64,000 nt of DNA from Rhodothermales bacterium. GTDB lineage: Bacteria > Bacteroidota > Rhodothermia > Rhodothermales > VXPQ01. Shown here piece by piece: positions 19,910 to 30,986 of the stretch. Below the pieces are notes generated by a model. The model was not told where the DNA came from. It made no database searches and saw only the letters and a program-made list of their open reading frames with translations. Each line of letters opens with the position of its first letter. Positions within the stretch are counted from its first letter, which is position 1. The DNA lies in NCBI GenBank assembly GCA_965116435.1, contig OZ220686.1, forward strand, positions 1,082,844 to 1,146,843, given 5' to 3'. The translations under genes and the position numbers were made by a program.

Positions 19910-22900
19910 ATGAAATACGGTGACCTGATCCAGTTTGAACCCATTGAGTCCGTGGTCCAGCTGCGGAACGCCGACGAAGCGACTGCGGCACGGCAACTTG
20001 TCGAGACCTACGTTATTTCAGAGGAGATGGCGGAAACGCTGGTGGGCCTTGTCATTCCCCAGCTGCAGTTCGAGCACCCCACCGACAACAAAGGCCTTCT
20101 GGTGGTCGGTAACTACGGCACCGGTAAGTCCCACCTGATGTCGGTGATCTCCGCACTTGCGGAAAACGCCGACCTCGCCCCCTTCTTGAACAATTCAGAC
20201 GTGGCGGATGCCGCCGGAAAGATCGGCGGACGATTCAAGGTGGTTCGCACCGAAATCGGGGCCACCACCATGTCACTTCGGGACATCCTCGTGGCCGAGT
20301 TGGAAGAGCACCTTGAGGACATGGGCGTGAGTTACAGCTTCCCCTCTGCGGATCAGGTATCCAACAACAAGCGGTCCTTTGAAGAGATGATGACCGCGTT
20401 TCATCAGGAGTTTCCAGACCACGGACTGCTCCTCGTCGTGGACGAACTGCTTGATTATCTGCGCACGCGCAGGGACCAGAAACTCATCCTGGATCTGAAT
20501 TTTCTCCGTGAAATCGGCGAGGTCTGCAAGGACCTGCGCTTCCGCTTCATGGCCGGCGTTCAGGAAGCGATCTTCGACAGCCTACGCTTTTCCTTTGTGG
20601 CGGACAGCATCCGCCGGGTACGGGATCGCTTCGAGCAGGTCCTGATCGCCCGCAAAGACGTCAAGTTCGTAGTGGCCGAGCGACTGCTCAAAAAGACCGG
20701 CGAACAGCAGGCCAGGATACGCGAGTACCTGACGCCCTTCGGCATGTTCTACGGCCACATGAACGAGCGCATGGACGAGTTCGTCCGCCTCTTTCCGGTA
20801 CATCCCGACTATATCGACACCTTCGAGCGGGTGACCGTCGTGGAGAAGCGCGAGGTATTGAAGACCCTCTCGCTGGCCATGAAGAAGATACTCGACCAAG
20901 ACATACCGGACGACCGGCCCGGGCTCATTGCCTATGATACCTACTGGACCAATCTTCGGGAGAACCCCTCGTTTCGTGCCGTACCGGATATCAAGGAAGT
21001 GATCGACTGCAGTCAGGTACTGGAGTCCCGTATCCAGCAGGCCTTTACGCGCCCGACTTACAAGCCCATGGCATTGCGGCTCATTCACGCCCTGTCGGTT
21101 CATCGGCTCACCACGAACGACATTTACACCACCCTGGGTGCAACAGCCGGGGAACTGCGGGACGGGCTCTGCCTCTATCAACCAGGCATTGAGGATCTGG
21201 GCGGTGATCCGGCCGACGACCTGCTCTCCCAGGTGGAGACAGTGCTGCGGGAAATCCACAAGACGGTCAGCGGGCAGTTCATTTCATCGAACCCGGACAA
21301 CCGCCAGTTCTATCTGGACCTGAAGAAGACCGACGACTTCGACGCGCTGATCGAAAAGCGGACAGAGAGCATCGACTCCTCAACACTGGACCGTTATTAC
21401 TACAAAGCCCTGAAACGGGTCATGGAGTGCACGGACCAAACCTATGTGCGCGGCTACAAGATCTGGCAGCACGAACTGGAATGGCTGGAGCGCAAGGCCG
21501 CGCGTCAGGGGTATCTGTTTTTCGGTGCGCCCAACGAACGGTCCACCGCTGTGCCGCCGCGGGATTTCTACCTCTACTTCATCCAGCCCTTCGATCCACC
21601 GCCCTTCAAGGATGAAAAGAACGCCGACGAGTTGTTCCTGCGACTCACGAACCCGGACGACGAATTTCGCACCTCGCTCATGAGTTACGCGGCAGCCCTG
21701 GACCTGGCCTCCACCTCGTCAGGGCACGCCAAGTCCACTTACGAGTCCAAGTCATCCCATTTTCTGCGGGATATTGTGCAATGGCTACAAAAGCACATGA
21801 GTGACGCCTTCGAGGTCACCTATCAAGGCCGCGCCAAGTCGCTCACTGAATGGGCCAAGGGCAAATCGATCCGGGAGCTATCCGGCATCGGCTCCCATGA
21901 GCGCATCAACTTCCGCGACCTTGTGAACACGATCTCCGGCATCTGCCTGGGAGCCCATTTCCAGGATCAGGCGCCTGAATATCCCTTCTTCTCGGTGCTC
22001 ATCACCGGGACCAACCGGGACCAGGCCGCGCAGCATGTCTTGCGCGCCATCGCCAGCCAGAATCGAACCAGGCAGGCTACGGCGGTGCTCGACGCCTTGG
22101 AACTGCTCGACGGCGAACGACTCGACCCCTACAAATCGAAATACGCCAAACACATCCTTGGACTACTCAATAAGAAAGGCCACGGTCAGGTGGTCAACCG
22201 CTCCGAGCTGATCCAGGATGACAAGGACGTGGAATACATGGACAAGGACCGGCAGCGGCTGGAACCTGAATGGGTTGCGGTCGTGCTGGCCGCCCTGGTC
22301 TACGCCGGTGATCTGGTCCTCGCCATTCCGGGCAAGAAATTCGACGCTACCGGTCTGTCGCAGCTGGCAGGAACCGGCATCGACGAACTCACGCAGTTCA
22401 AGCATATCGAACAGCCCAAGGACTGGAACCTTCCGGCGCTCAAGGCCTTGTTCGAACTGCTCGGTCTCACTCCCGGCATGGCCCAGCTTGTCACTCAGGG
22501 CAAGGAAGAGCCTGTCCAGCAGCTCCAGAAAGCTATCTCCCAGATGGTGGATAAACTGGTGCTTTCGCGGCAGAGCCTGGAAAGCGGTCTACTTTTCTGG
22601 GGCCGAAATCTCCTGGCCGAGAAAGAGGCGCAAAAACTTCGCATCCGGCTTGATAAGACCAAGATCTTCCTGGAATCGCTCCAGGCGTACAGCTCGCCCG
22701 GAAAGCTCAAGAACTTCCGCTATGACGCGCAGGAGGTAACCGCCCATCGGAACGAGCTCAATTCCCTGGCTGAAATCGAATCCCTCCAAGAACTGGTCGC
22801 TGATCTCGGTTCCACCGCCTCCTTCCTCTCCACCGCCGAAGCGGTTCTGTCCGCCGAACACGAGTGGGTAGGCAAGATGCACGAGGCACGGGACGAAGTG

Positions 22901-23638
22901 CTCGCCCAGCTTCGTGACCCGGACAAGCGCGAGACCGCCACCTTCCGTCAGCAAACCCAGCGCAAACTGATCGACCTCAAAAAGGCCTATGTGCAGACCT
23001 ATCTGGGAATGCACACCAGGGCACGGTTGGGCGTGAACGAGGACAGGCGCAAGAACGGCCTCATGGGAGATGAACGGCTCAAAGTGCTGCAGAAGCTCTC
23101 CACCATCGAGTTGATGCCCCTCCAGCACCTGATTGACTTTCAAAATCGTTTGGCCGGATTGAAAGGCTGCTTTGCCCTCACCGGGCAAGAGATGGACGCT
23201 TTACCGGTATGCCCGCACTGCAGCTATAAACCAGAGGCGGAGCCGCCTGCCGCACCTGCCGGAACGGTGCTGGACGGCTTGGACGACGAACTGGACAATC
23301 TGGTGGCCAACTGGACCCAGACGCTGCTCGCCAACCTGGAAGATCCGACCACCAAGGGCAACCTGGACCTGCTCAGGCCCGAACCCAAAATTCTGGCAAA
23401 CGACTTTATCAAGAAGCGGGAGCTACCCAACAATCTCGGCCAGGATTTCATCCATGCACTGAGCGAGGCGCTTTCCGGCCTTCAAAAGGTTCCCGTCAAG
23501 ACCGAGGACCTGCGAGCGGCGCTGCTCTCCGGCGGTTCACCGGCAACACCGGTTGAGATGAAGAAACGATTCGAGGAATATCTGGACGAACTTACCAAGG
23601 GCAAGGAACCCGGCAAGGTGCGCATCGTGCTGGAGTGA
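19910..23638 (+). CDS. brxC: Large BREX ATPase, BrxC/PglY family
   Basis: 1242 aa. The N-terminus is [34 protein letters not shown]. Walker A is [11 protein letters not shown] and Walker B is [13 protein letters not shown] long helical C-terminal half contains a CPHC element. Confidence 0.8.
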   Translation: MKYGDLIQFEPIESVVQLRNADEATAARQLVETYVISEEMAETLVGLVIPQLQFEHPTDNKGLLVVGNYGTGKSHLMSVISALAENADLAPFLNNSDVADAAGKIGGRFKVVRTEIGATTMSLRDILVAELEEHLEDMGVSYSFPSADQVSNNKRSFEEMMTAFHQEFPDHGLLLVVDELLDYLRTRRDQKLILDLNFLREIGEVCKDLRFRFMAGVQEAIFDSLRFSFVADSIRRVRDRFEQVLIARKDVKFVVAERLLKKTGEQQARIREYLTPFGMFYGHMNERMDEFVRLFPVHPDYIDTFERVTVVEKREVLKTLSLAMKKILDQDIPDDRPGLIAYDTYWTNLRENPSFRAVPDIKEVIDCSQVLESRIQQAFTRPTYKPMALRLIHALSVHRLTTNDIYTTLGATAGELRDGLCLYQPGIEDLGGDPADDLLSQVETVLREIHKTVSGQFISSNPDNRQFYLDLKKTDDFDALIEKRTESIDSSTLDRYYYKALKRVMECTDQTYVRGYKIWQHELEWLERKAARQGYLFFGAPNERSTAVPPRDFYLYFIQPFDPPPFKDEKNADELFLRLTNPDDEFRTSLMSYAAALDLASTSSGHAKSTYESKSSHFLRDIVQWLQKHMSDAFEVTYQGRAKSLTEWAKGKSIRELSGIGSHERINFRDLVNTISGICLGAHFQDQAPEYPFFSVLITGTNRDQAAQHVLRAIASQNRTRQATAVLDALELLDGERLDPYKSKYAKHILGLLNKKGHGQVVNRSELIQDDKDVEYMDKDRQRLEPEWVAVVLAALVYAGDLVLAIPGKKFDATGLSQLAGTGIDELTQFKHIEQPKDWNLPALKALFELLGLTPGMAQLVTQGKEEPVQQLQKAISQMVDKLVLSRQSLESGLLFWGRNLLAEKEAQKLRIRLDKTKIFLESLQAYSSPGKLKNFRYDAQEVTAHRNELNSLAEIESLQELVADLGSTASFLSTAEAVLSAEHEWVGKMHEARDEVLAQLRDPDKRETATFRQQTQRKLIDLKKAYVQTYLGMHTRARLGVNEDRRKNGLMGDERLKVLQKLSTIELMPLQHLIDFQNRLAGLKGCFALTGQEMDALPVCPHCSYKPEAEPPAAPAGTVLDGLDDELDNLVANWTQTLLANLEDPTTKGNLDLLRPEPKILANDFIKKRELPNNLGQDFIHALSEALSGLQKVPVKTEDLRAALLSGGSPATPVEMKKRFEEYLDELTKGKEPGKVRIVLE

Positions 23639-23642
23639 AATC

Positions 23643-25499
23643 ATGACTCAAAATGAACTGGCCAATCTGCTCAACGCTCATGAATGGCGAGATGTTGAGT
23701 TCAAGGAGGCGCAACGGAACGTGCCGCGAAACGCCTATGAAACGGTTTCCGCTTTTGCGAATACCGAAGGCGGTCATCTCGTGTTCGGCGTTCGGAAAAG
23801 TGGACAAGATTTCGAATTTGTCGGCGTTCTTGATATCGACAAGGTTCAGAACGATTTCCTGACAGCACTGCGACAACGCGACAAGCTGAGCATCATTGTG
23901 AATGTTCGTGAAGAACTGCACAAATACGGCGAATCAGACTTGCTCATTTTCTACGTGCCGGAAGCCCATCGCTCGGAAAAACCGGTTTTCCTGAATGGCG
24001 ACATTCGTCGATCATATGTGCGCAGTGGCGGCTGCGATGTGCGCTGCTCGGACAATGAGCGGAGCCGATTCCTTGTGGATGCTGCTGCCGAACGATATGA
24101 CGGCCAGCCTGTTGACCTGAACCCAAGTACGGCGTTCGACAGGGAAAGCATCAAATGGTATCGGGCCTTTTATGAAATAAGGCCGGGAAACCGATCTCAC
24201 GCAACGCTATCCGACACAGATTTCCTAAAGGAACTGGGGTTGCTGGTTGAAGAGCACGGCGAAGTGTCTCCGTCGCGCGCTGCGATTTTTCTGTTTGGGA
24301 CCAATGCGACTTTCCGGCAACTCCTTCCACGGCCGGTAGTGGACTGCCAGAGGTTCTCGCTGCCTCGTGACAGGGCTGATGTCGGTGAGCGATGGATTGA
24401 CCGTCTCGTTCTCGACGAAAACCTCATTCGGTCCTGGCAATCCCTTATCGATTGGTACCAAAGATTCGCGGAGCGGCCATTCAGAATTGACCCAATAACC
24501 TTGCAGCGAGATGACGCACCGCCGGACTACCGCGCCTTTCGTGAATCCATGGTCAACCTGATCATCCATCAGGATTATTCCGATCATTCCAGGAATCCGG
24601 AAATACGTCACTATACCGACCGGACCGTCTTTTGGAATCCTGGCGATGCCTTCGCTGCTGATACAGACCTGCTTGAACCCGGTGAAAAAGAGGTCCGAAA
24701 TCCCAGGATCGTGACCGCTTTCCGGCGCATAGGGCTGAGCGAGAACGCTGGCTGGGGTCTGCGAGATGTCTTCCGCAATTGGCAGCAGTTGGGCCATGTT
24801 CCGCCGACGATTGCTAACAACAAGGGGCGCAAGTGTTTTGAGCTCATTCTCAAAAAAGAAGAACTCATGTCGGAACAGCAGATTCTTTTCCAGGCAAGCC
24901 TCGGTGTGCAGCTCAGCAACGAACAAGCCAGGGTGCTTGCTTTTGCCTGCCGCGAAAGTATAATCTCACTTCCGCAAGTCAAGGCCGTAACGGGTCTTGC
25001 CGGACCGGATGCCGCGGAGCTTGCCAATGCCCTGGTTACAAAATCTCTCCTCAGGACCCTTGAGGACAGTAGAAAATACGCCTTGGCAGAGCACTTGAAG
25101 AAAATGTTCCACCAAACCGACCAAGCCACTGACCAACCTGATGTACGGGCCGAAAACTTGTCCACTGCACAAGTCGAAGGCCAAGAGGAAGACTTGTCCA
25201 CTGGACAAGTTCCTGTCCTTGCAGAACTTTCCGAAACTCATTGGAAAATCATAGCGTTATGCGATGTACCCCGCCGCTTGGCCGAGATTCTGGAAGCCCT
25301 TGGCGTAACCAACAGGGGTTATTTCAAGGAACACCACCTTGACCCACTGATTCAGTCCAAGATTGTGGCGATGACCAACCCGGAGAACCCCCGGGCATCA
25401 AACCAGAGATACGTAATCACCGAAGCGGGCGCTTTGTTGAAAGCACGCCGCATGTCTGACGACACCGACCGAAGCGAGGATCAGAATGGCAATGTTTAG
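23643..25499 (+). CDS. AlbA_2 (Schlafen-like) + HATPase_c_4 + winged-helix protein (RecG-like putative DNA-binding regulator)
   Basis: The N-terminus EWRDVEFKEAQRNVPRNAYETVSAFANTEGGHLVFGV is the AlbA_2 signature. The middle ..YRAFRESMVNLIIHQDYSDHSRNPEIRHYTDRTVFWNPG is HATPase_c_4-like. The C-terminal wHTH-like segments end ..HHLDPLIQSKIVAMTNPENPRASNQRYVITEAG. It starts 5 bp after the brxC stop and overlaps the next gene by 14 bp. Confidence 0.75.
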   Translation: MTQNELANLLNAHEWRDVEFKEAQRNVPRNAYETVSAFANTEGGHLVFGVRKSGQDFEFVGVLDIDKVQNDFLTALRQRDKLSIIVNVREELHKYGESDLLIFYVPEAHRSEKPVFLNGDIRRSYVRSGGCDVRCSDNERSRFLVDAAAERYDGQPVDLNPSTAFDRESIKWYRAFYEIRPGNRSHATLSDTDFLKELGLLVEEHGEVSPSRAAIFLFGTNATFRQLLPRPVVDCQRFSLPRDRADVGERWIDRLVLDENLIRSWQSLIDWYQRFAERPFRIDPITLQRDDAPPDYRAFRESMVNLIIHQDYSDHSRNPEIRHYTDRTVFWNPGDAFAADTDLLEPGEKEVRNPRIVTAFRRIGLSENAGWGLRDVFRNWQQLGHVPPTIANNKGRKCFELILKKEELMSEQQILFQASLGVQLSNEQARVLAFACRESIISLPQVKAVTGLAGPDAAELANALVTKSLLRTLEDSRKYALAEHLKKMFHQTDQATDQPDVRAENLSTAQVEGQEEDLSTGQVPVLAELSETHWKIIALCDVPRRLAEILEALGVTNRGYFKEHHLDPLIQSKIVAMTNPENPRASNQRYVITEAGALLKARRMSDDTDRSEDQNGNV

Positions 25500-28353
25500 G
25501 CATGATGCTGGACAGCGGCAGTTGTTCAAAACCAAGCTGGTCCCGGGCAATGCGGAATCGGGCAATCTCTTTAAAGAGGAGGTGGTCACGGACGATGATC
25601 CGGTGGAATGCCTCGGCATAATCTTCGAAAGCAATGAGAAACGCCGCGAGTATTTCCTGGAGAAGTTGCGCGAAAAACTCGAGGATCCTGAGTTCCGCAA
25701 GATCGAAGGGTTCCCCATTGGTGAGGACGAGGACATCCTGGCCTTGTCCGACCCGCCGTACTACACGGCTTGCCCCAATCCATTCATCGAAGACTTTATC
25801 AAGCACCACGGGAAGCCGTATGATCCAGCTACTGATGATTATCGAAGAGAGCCCTTTGCGGCTGATGTGAGCGAAGGGAAGACCGACCCAATGTATAATG
25901 CTCACGCTTACCACACAAAAGTCCCTTATAAGGCAATCATGCATTACATCCTGCACTATACAGAACCAAATGACCTTGTTTTCGATGGTTTCTGCGGCAC
26001 AGGCATGACTGGCGTAGCGGCTCAAATGTGCGGTGATACCGAGATCGTAAAAGAGCTTGGTTACTCGATTAGTGAAGATGGCTCATTGACATCGAAACGC
26101 CACGTACATGATATTCAGCAGCAGATTCAAATAGGGACGCGAAATGCCCTAATAAGTGACCTCTCACCCATTGCTGCTTTCATTTCTGCTAACTACTGCT
26201 TGCCATTCGATGTTGACGCGTTTCAAAGAGCAGGGACACGCCTGCTTGAGGACGTCGAACGTGATGTGGGGTGGATGTATGAGACTGCTCATTCAGATGG
26301 TCGTCGTGCAGGAAAGATCAACTTCACAGTATGGAGTGATATCTATGCATGCCCTGAATGCGCCGAAGAGATTGTTTTTGTGGAGCAAGCATTCGATCCT
26401 GATGAAAAGCGAATAAGGGACAACTTCGCTTGCCCAGGCTGCAGTGCGTCGCTTACCAAGAATGATTTAGAGCTGTTGTACAGTTCATACATCGACGCAG
26501 CAACTAACGAAACTGTTCGTCATCCCAAGCGCAAACCTGTCTTCATCAATTACTCCATCGGAAAGTCCAGATTTACCAAGAGAGTGGATGTCGATGATTT
26601 GGAGAAACTGAAAAAAATCGGCCAGCTACCTCTTCCTCCAGAAATTCCAACTCTCGAACTTCCTGATTCACAAATGCGGCGTGTTGGCCGAATGAAATCA
26701 GCAGCCGTCACGCATATTCATCATTTTTTCCTTCCTCGACCTGCTCAAGCGCTTGCATCTTTATGGCGGAGTGCTTTGGCGATTGAGGAACGACGCCTTC
26801 GGAATATGGCAGTATTCTTTGTTGAGCAGGCGATCTGGGGACTTTCGATTTTGAATCGCTTCAGCCCATCCCATTTCTCTCAAGTTAATCGTGCACTATC
26901 AGGAGTGTTTTACGTACCCTCACAGATCTCGGAAGTCAGCCCTAATTATGTGCTATCTGGAAAACTGAACCGCTTGGTCTCAGCGTTTTCAGGGCAACAT
27001 ATTCGGGATTCCAAGGTGATGATCTCAGTCGCCGATTGCGCTCAAACTCGAATCTCAGACAACTCGATTGACTATGTTTTCACTGATCCTCCGTTTGGTG
27101 AGAATATTTACTACGCAGATCTAAATTTATTGCTTGAATCATGGCATGGTTTATTAACTGCACCCGCACGGGAAGCGATAATTGATCGTGCACGCGGAAA
27201 AGCACTCAATGATTATCAAGCACTAATGGAGGAATGCTTTAGTGAGTACCATCGTGTATTGAAACCTGGGAGATGGATAACGATTGAATTTCACAATTCG
27301 AAAAATAGTGTGTGGAACTCAATTCAAGAGGCTCTTCAGAAATCAGGATTCGTAATAGCTGATGTTCGGATGCTCGATAAAAAACAGTGTTCATTTCAAC
27401 AAGTAACCAGTCGAGGCGCCGTCAAGCAAGACCTCGCGATTTCAGCTTACAAGCCAAATGGTGGAATCGAGGATCGCTTTAAATTGACCGCCAGCACAGA
27501 GGATGGTGTTTGGGATTTCGTTCGGACGCATCTGAAGCAGCTCCCAGTATTTGTTTCAAAAGATGGCCAAGCTGAAGTTGTCGCTGAACGTCAGCACTAC
27601 TTGCTTTTCGATCGAATGGTGGCCTTCCATGTCCAGCGCGGTGTGACGGTTCCCATGTCCGCTGCAGAGTTCTACGCCGGCCTCGAACAACGTTTTCCCC
27701 CACGTGACGGTATGTATTTTCTGCCGGACCAAGCAGCCGAGTACGATAAGAAACGGATGACGGTCAAGGAAGTGCTCCAGCTTCAGATCTTCGTCTCCGA
27801 CGAGGCGTCTGCTATTCAGTGGCTCAAGCAGCTGCTCACCAAGAAGCCACAGACCTTCCAGGATGTCCACCCGCAATTCCTAAGGGAAATCGGCGGTTGG
27901 CAAAAACATGAAAAGGTGTTGGAGCTTTCCGAACTGCTGGAACAAAACTTCCTCCGTTACGACGGCAAAGGCGATGTGCCCAGCCAAATTCACAGCCACC
28001 TGTCCTCAAACTACAAGGAACTGCGCAATCTGGCAAAGGACGATCCAGCGCTCAATGCCAAAGCCAAGAACCGCTGGTACGTGCCCGACCCGAACAAGGC
28101 TGGCGACTTGGAGAAGCTACGCGAGCGGGCCCTGATGCGGGAGTTCGAGGAATACCGTGAATCGAAACAGAAACGCCTGAAGATATTCCGCCTGGAGGCT
28201 GTCCGGGCCGGATTCAAGAAGGCATGGCAGGAGCGCGATTACGCCACGATCATCGCCGTGGCCCGCAAGATACCCGAAAAAATTCTCCAGGAGGACCCCA
28301 AACTCCTCATGTGGTACGACCAAGCACACACCCGTTCAGAAGAGGGGACATGA
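25486..28353 (+). CDS. pglXI: DNA methyltransferase (N6-adenine/N4-cytosine type), PglXI-like
   Basis: 955 aa. The SAM-binding motif is VFDGFCGTGMTGVAAQ and the catalytic motif is YVFTDPPFGENIYY. An extra N-terminal LSDPPYYTACPNPF is present. A zinc ribbon CPECAEE..(20)..CPGC lies between the motifs. Confidence 0.8.
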   Translation: MAMFRHDAGQRQLFKTKLVPGNAESGNLFKEEVVTDDDPVECLGIIFESNEKRREYFLEKLREKLEDPEFRKIEGFPIGEDEDILALSDPPYYTACPNPFIEDFIKHHGKPYDPATDDYRREPFAADVSEGKTDPMYNAHAYHTKVPYKAIMHYILHYTEPNDLVFDGFCGTGMTGVAAQMCGDTEIVKELGYSISEDGSLTSKRHVHDIQQQIQIGTRNALISDLSPIAAFISANYCLPFDVDAFQRAGTRLLEDVERDVGWMYETAHSDGRRAGKINFTVWSDIYACPECAEEIVFVEQAFDPDEKRIRDNFACPGCSASLTKNDLELLYSSYIDAATNETVRHPKRKPVFINYSIGKSRFTKRVDVDDLEKLKKIGQLPLPPEIPTLELPDSQMRRVGRMKSAAVTHIHHFFLPRPAQALASLWRSALAIEERRLRNMAVFFVEQAIWGLSILNRFSPSHFSQVNRALSGVFYVPSQISEVSPNYVLSGKLNRLVSAFSGQHIRDSKVMISVADCAQTRISDNSIDYVFTDPPFGENIYYADLNLLLESWHGLLTAPAREAIIDRARGKALNDYQALMEECFSEYHRVLKPGRWITIEFHNSKNSVWNSIQEALQKSGFVIADVRMLDKKQCSFQQVTSRGAVKQDLAISAYKPNGGIEDRFKLTASTEDGVWDFVRTHLKQLPVFVSKDGQAEVVAERQHYLLFDRMVAFHVQRGVTVPMSAAEFYAGLEQRFPPRDGMYFLPDQAAEYDKKRMTVKEVLQLQIFVSDEASAIQWLKQLLTKKPQTFQDVHPQFLREIGGWQKHEKVLELSELLEQNFLRYDGKGDVPSQIHSHLSSNYKELRNLAKDDPALNAKAKNRWYVPDPNKAGDLEKLRERALMREFEEYRESKQKRLKIFRLEAVRAGFKKAWQERDYATIIAVARKIPEKILQEDPKLLMWYDQAHTRSEEGT

Positions 28354-30986
28354 TGGCTAAGAAACAAATTTTTAAAACCGACTTCACCCGGACTACCGGA
28401 CCTACTGATCCGGAAGCACTTTTCCACAATTTACGGGGAAGGGCTCCAGACATTAAGCACCTTTGGTCGCACCAAGCCGATCTTCTTCGAGACTATCACC
28501 AAAAGTGTCTTGAAGCAAGAGATGTGGCTATTGAGCTCCCTACGGGATCAGGAAAGACACTTGTAGGCTTGCTGATCGCAGAATGGCGACGGCAATCGTT
28601 TAATGAGCGTATCGCCTACCTATGCCCCACTCGTCAGCTTGCTTATCAAGTTGGATCGCAGGCTAATAACTATGGAATTAGAGCCCATGTGTTGGTTGGA
28701 CAGCAAAGCTACTATCCTCCTCAAGAATTCAGCGAATATCAATCAAGTCGTGCTATCGCGGTAACCACATATAGTGGGGTGTTCAATAGATATCCAAGAA
28801 TTGAAGATGCACAGACATTGATTCTGGACGATGCACATGCGGGTGAAAATTTCATGGTCAGCATGTGGTCCGTGGAAATATCTCGTTCATCCATTGATAA
28901 TACCTACTTTTCGATTGTTGAACTTTTGCAAAATGCGCTGAATTCAGGATTCTATTCAAACATTTCAGATCGCACTGATCGGGATTCGACGAAAGCTCGT
29001 ATGACAGAGGTAGAGCTAATCGCTGGAGCTTCAATCCGTAAACACGAGGATGCCATCAGAGACCTTCTTGACGAGAATCTTGAAAAAAAGACATCTCCAT
29101 GGTATGCGTGGAATAATGTTAGAGAAAATATCACCGCTTGTAATTTTTTTATTTCTTGGGATACAATTCTCATCCGGCCATTCATTCCACCAACTCAAAC
29201 CCACGCGCCATTCGAGCAGGCGATTCAAAGAGTTTATATGTCGGCAACATTAGGAGCTGGTGGAGAACTGGAACGTATTACCGGCATCAAGTCTATAAAG
29301 CGTTTGCCCCTTCCCCTAGGATGGGACAAACGAGGTAGCGGACGGAAGTTATTCCTTATTCCAGAACTATCAATGATCAACGAAAAAATGATTGAAGTTG
29401 TAAAAGATGCAGTGCAAAAATTCGACCGAAGTCTTATTCTTATTCCTAGTCGATATGACTCTGAAGGTGCTGATCTAATCAACGTTATTGATCGATTAAA
29501 TATGAAAACATTTCATGCTGCTGACATTAAGGACAGTCTCGACCCATTTCTGAGTAGCACTAACTCCGCCTTGATTCTTTCGCGTTACGACGGATTAGAT
29601 TTACCTGACGAAGCCTGTCGCCTGCTTATTTTTGGTGGACTACCCAGCGGGACCAATCTGCAAGAAAAGTTTCTGTGGTCCAAAATAGCAGCCTCTTCGC
29701 TATTTAGAGATCGCGTGATAACACGTTTTGCCCAAGGCGTTGGCAGGTGTACGCGATCTGATAATGACTATGCTGTTGTATTGATGATCGGCCGTCGGTT
29801 GATTGATTTTCTTTTGAAGAATGAAAATCGTCAAATTTTGAATCCAGAATTGCAGGCAGAGATTAAGTTCGGCATGGAGAATTCCAGAGACAAGTCTGTA
29901 GAAGATTTTCAGGAACTGCGGAGAGTGTTCTTGTCACAGGGCGATGATTGGAAAGACGCAGAATCTGCGATTCTCGCTCTGCGAGATAGCTGTTCTCGCC
30001 ATGATGATCCAATCTCAAGGAAGCTAAATTCTGTGGTTGCCGATGAGGTTTCCTATCTCTATGCAATGTGGAGCAACAATTTTGAAGATGCGCTTGAGCA
30101 CGCGCGAAAAGCCGCGGATGCGCTTGGTGGTGATGAGACAAAGGCATATCGAGCATGGTGGTATTACCTTTCTGCTGAAGCGGCGATGGTTCTTTATGAA
30201 ACCACTGGAAAGGAAGCCTATCAAGATACCGCCCGAAACTTCCTTAAACGTGCCACTCGATGTTGTACCGGTGTTAGTTGGTTTGCACGCTTGGGGCGAT
30301 CATTCAATACCGGTGGTGAGACTCTGGAAATCAATGAAAAAATTGCGATAGCCGTTGAGACAATCAGAGGGCATTTGGCTAATTGGGGTGCTGTGGGTCA
30401 ACTGTTTGAACAGCAACTCACTCAGGTCATGAATAACATCCAATCCATTGAACACAAGGCATTTCATCAAGGACTCAAGGGGCTAGGTGAGATGCTTGGT
30501 TTCTACTCAGAATTGCCAGAAGGGGACGCTGCGCCTGATTGCATTTGGTCCGTTGGAAATCTAATCTATGTAGTACATGAGGCCAAATCGGAACACACGC
30601 CAAAGGACCCTATCGGGGTCAACGATATCCGGCAGGCGCAAAGCCACGGTAACTGGGTCCGGGCCAATCGAACATGTGAAGATAATACCGAAATTATCTG
30701 TCTGATTGAGAGCCCACGTGTAGCAGTAGCTCCAGAAGCCATTGCTCATGCTGAGTCTCTTTACCATGTGACCCCTGCACAGCTGAAAGAATTGTTTGAC
30801 AAGACCGCTGGCATTCTCCGGCGAGTCAGATCGAAGTTGACCGATCTCAGTGATGAGAAAGTCCTTGAGGAGCTATCACGCGAACTCATAACGGGCAGCC
30901 TTACACCTATGCGATTGGTGGAAAGGTTTTCCCAAATGCCTGTTGCCAACATGGAAAGGCGTGGCGGTAGAGGAAACAGCAGTTGA
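28350..30986 (+). CDS. SF2 helicase (DinG/XPD-like C-terminal motifs) fused to a C-terminal PD-(D/E)xK nuclease-like module; occupies the BrxHII position
   Basis: The start ATGATG overlaps the methylase stop (ATGA). Motif I is ELPTGSGKTLVG, motif II is LILDDAH and motif III is MSATLG. Helicase_C_2-like blocks are LILSRYDGLDLPDEACRLLIFGGLP and FAQGVGRCTRSDNDYAVVLMIG. The C-terminal ..APDCIWSVGNLIYVVHEAKSEHT..IRQAQSH fits D...ExK...Q. Confidence 0.75.
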   Translation: MMAKKQIFKTDFTRTTGPTDPEALFHNLRGRAPDIKHLWSHQADLLRDYHQKCLEARDVAIELPTGSGKTLVGLLIAEWRRQSFNERIAYLCPTRQLAYQVGSQANNYGIRAHVLVGQQSYYPPQEFSEYQSSRAIAVTTYSGVFNRYPRIEDAQTLILDDAHAGENFMVSMWSVEISRSSIDNTYFSIVELLQNALNSGFYSNISDRTDRDSTKARMTEVELIAGASIRKHEDAIRDLLDENLEKKTSPWYAWNNVRENITACNFFISWDTILIRPFIPPTQTHAPFEQAIQRVYMSATLGAGGELERITGIKSIKRLPLPLGWDKRGSGRKLFLIPELSMINEKMIEVVKDAVQKFDRSLILIPSRYDSEGADLINVIDRLNMKTFHAADIKDSLDPFLSSTNSALILSRYDGLDLPDEACRLLIFGGLPSGTNLQEKFLWSKIAASSLFRDRVITRFAQGVGRCTRSDNDYAVVLMIGRRLIDFLLKNENRQILNPELQAEIKFGMENSRDKSVEDFQELRRVFLSQGDDWKDAESAILALRDSCSRHDDPISRKLNSVVADEVSYLYAMWSNNFEDALEHARKAADALGGDETKAYRAWWYYLSAEAAMVLYETTGKEAYQDTARNFLKRATRCCTGVSWFARLGRSFNTGGETLEINEKIAIAVETIRGHLANWGAVGQLFEQQLTQVMNNIQSIEHKAFHQGLKGLGEMLGFYSELPEGDAAPDCIWSVGNLIYVVHEAKSEHTPKDPIGVNDIRQAQSHGNWVRANRTCEDNTEIICLIESPRVAVAPEAIAHAESLYHVTPAQLKELFDKTAGILRRVRSKLTDLSDEKVLEELSRELITGSLTPMRLVERFSQMPVANMERRGGRGNSS

